Source: Felis catus
Taxonomy: Eukaryota
NCBI RefSeq assembly: GCF_018350175.1
Contig: NC_058368.1
Coordinates: 4,526,001-4,590,000, forward strand
DNA: 64,000 bases
Direction: 5' to 3'
This document shows, piece by piece, positions 63,286 through 64,000 of this stretch. The position numbers and the translations under genes were made by a program. The notes under the pieces were generated by a model that was given only the letters and a program-made list of their open reading frames with translations, made no database searches and was not told the DNA's origin. Each line of letters begins with the position of its first letter. The first letter of the stretch is position 1.

Positions 63286-63511
63286 TTTTTTTTTAATTTT
63301 TTTTTCAACATTTTTTGTTTATTTTTGGGACAGAGAGAGACAGAGCATGAACGGGGGAGGGGCAGAGAGAGAGGGAGACACAGAATCGAAAACAGGCTCC
63401 AGGCTCCGAGCCCTCAGCCCAGAGCCTGACGCAGGGCTCGAACTCATGGACCGCGAGATCATGACCTGGCTGAAGTCGGACGCTTAACCGACTGCGCCTC
63501 CCAGGCGCCCC
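63286..63511 (-). mobile_element. Young felid SINE
   Basis: TSD gaatgtatagattcttt. Confidence 0.93.
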
Positions 63512-64000
63512 GAATGTATAGATTCTTTACCCTAAATTCAAAAGTGTCCATGACCCAGGCTTAATGATTTCACTTTAACTTGATCCTTCTCCTACACTAA
63601 ACAGAATTATGTTCCTTCCTGTTCTCTCAAATCACATAAAAGCCCTACCCATCTGACCACTGAAACTATATGTATAGACACTGCACTTTCTTCAAATGAG
63701 ATTCAGTCACCCTTATTCAGCATTCCTTGATTTGGTACATGCGTAAAAACTACAACTCTTCTGAAATCCCACAGCAAATGGTTTTTGCCTCTTTCATGGG
63801 ATTTAATCTACACAGTTCCAATATGATTTACATACATCTTAGCTCATTTATAATGTCCTCGACATCCTTACAGAGCTATATCTGAGCATCTTACGCCTGG
63901 TGGGTGCTCAGCAAGTTCGCTTTGTGCAATACTGAATGAACGCGTAAATGTTAGGTCATCCTGCAACCTAACTAAACTAAACTAAACCTAACCACACTCT

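Noticed and set aside
876..63487. Recurrent short ORFs such as GAWVAQSVKRPTSAQVMIS and WDRERQSMNGGGAEREGDTES
   Set aside because: They are translations of carnivore SINEs, not a gene family.
42714..64000. Upstream SPATA13 coding exon(s)
   Set aside because: No recognisable coding exon; the region is repeat-rich intron.
1..64000. CRISPR array, operon, tRNA/rRNA genes or other novel multi-gene system
   Set aside because: Eukaryotic intronic sequence with no regularly spaced repeat-spacer array; tRNA-like A/B boxes all belong to SINE heads.

Overview
This is mammalian nuclear DNA, very likely felid, because it carries about 30 carnivore tRNA-derived SINEs, several of the young cat (SINEC_Fc-like) type. 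The window lies inside SPATA13 (Asef2/ARHGEF29, an APC-stimulated Rac1/Cdc42 GEF), transcribed on the minus strand. Six internal coding exons have canonical AG/GT ends and compatible phases: 42713-42348, 40701-40557, 5857-5721, 4577-4398, 3800-3615 and 1689-1510. They encode the N-terminal region, APC-binding region, SH3 domain and start of the DH domain; the rest of the gene lies outside the window. The 34.7-kb intron (5858-40556) contains CpG islands, a well-supported alternative first coding exon (MVARGEIARFWSLESLHM, 19022-18968) and a candidate 12-nt microexon or 22-nt first exon (9184-9163). The remainder is repeats: SINEs, L1, L2, MIR, Tigger2-like MITEs, MER5, LTRs and an ERVL pol fossil. 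I see no new multi-gene system. The most interesting signals concern isoform architecture, a shifted start codon, a perfect RFX X-box, inverted SINE pairs and local GC-shifted repeats. Comparisons to human proteins and repeat consensus sequences are from memory and need checking.
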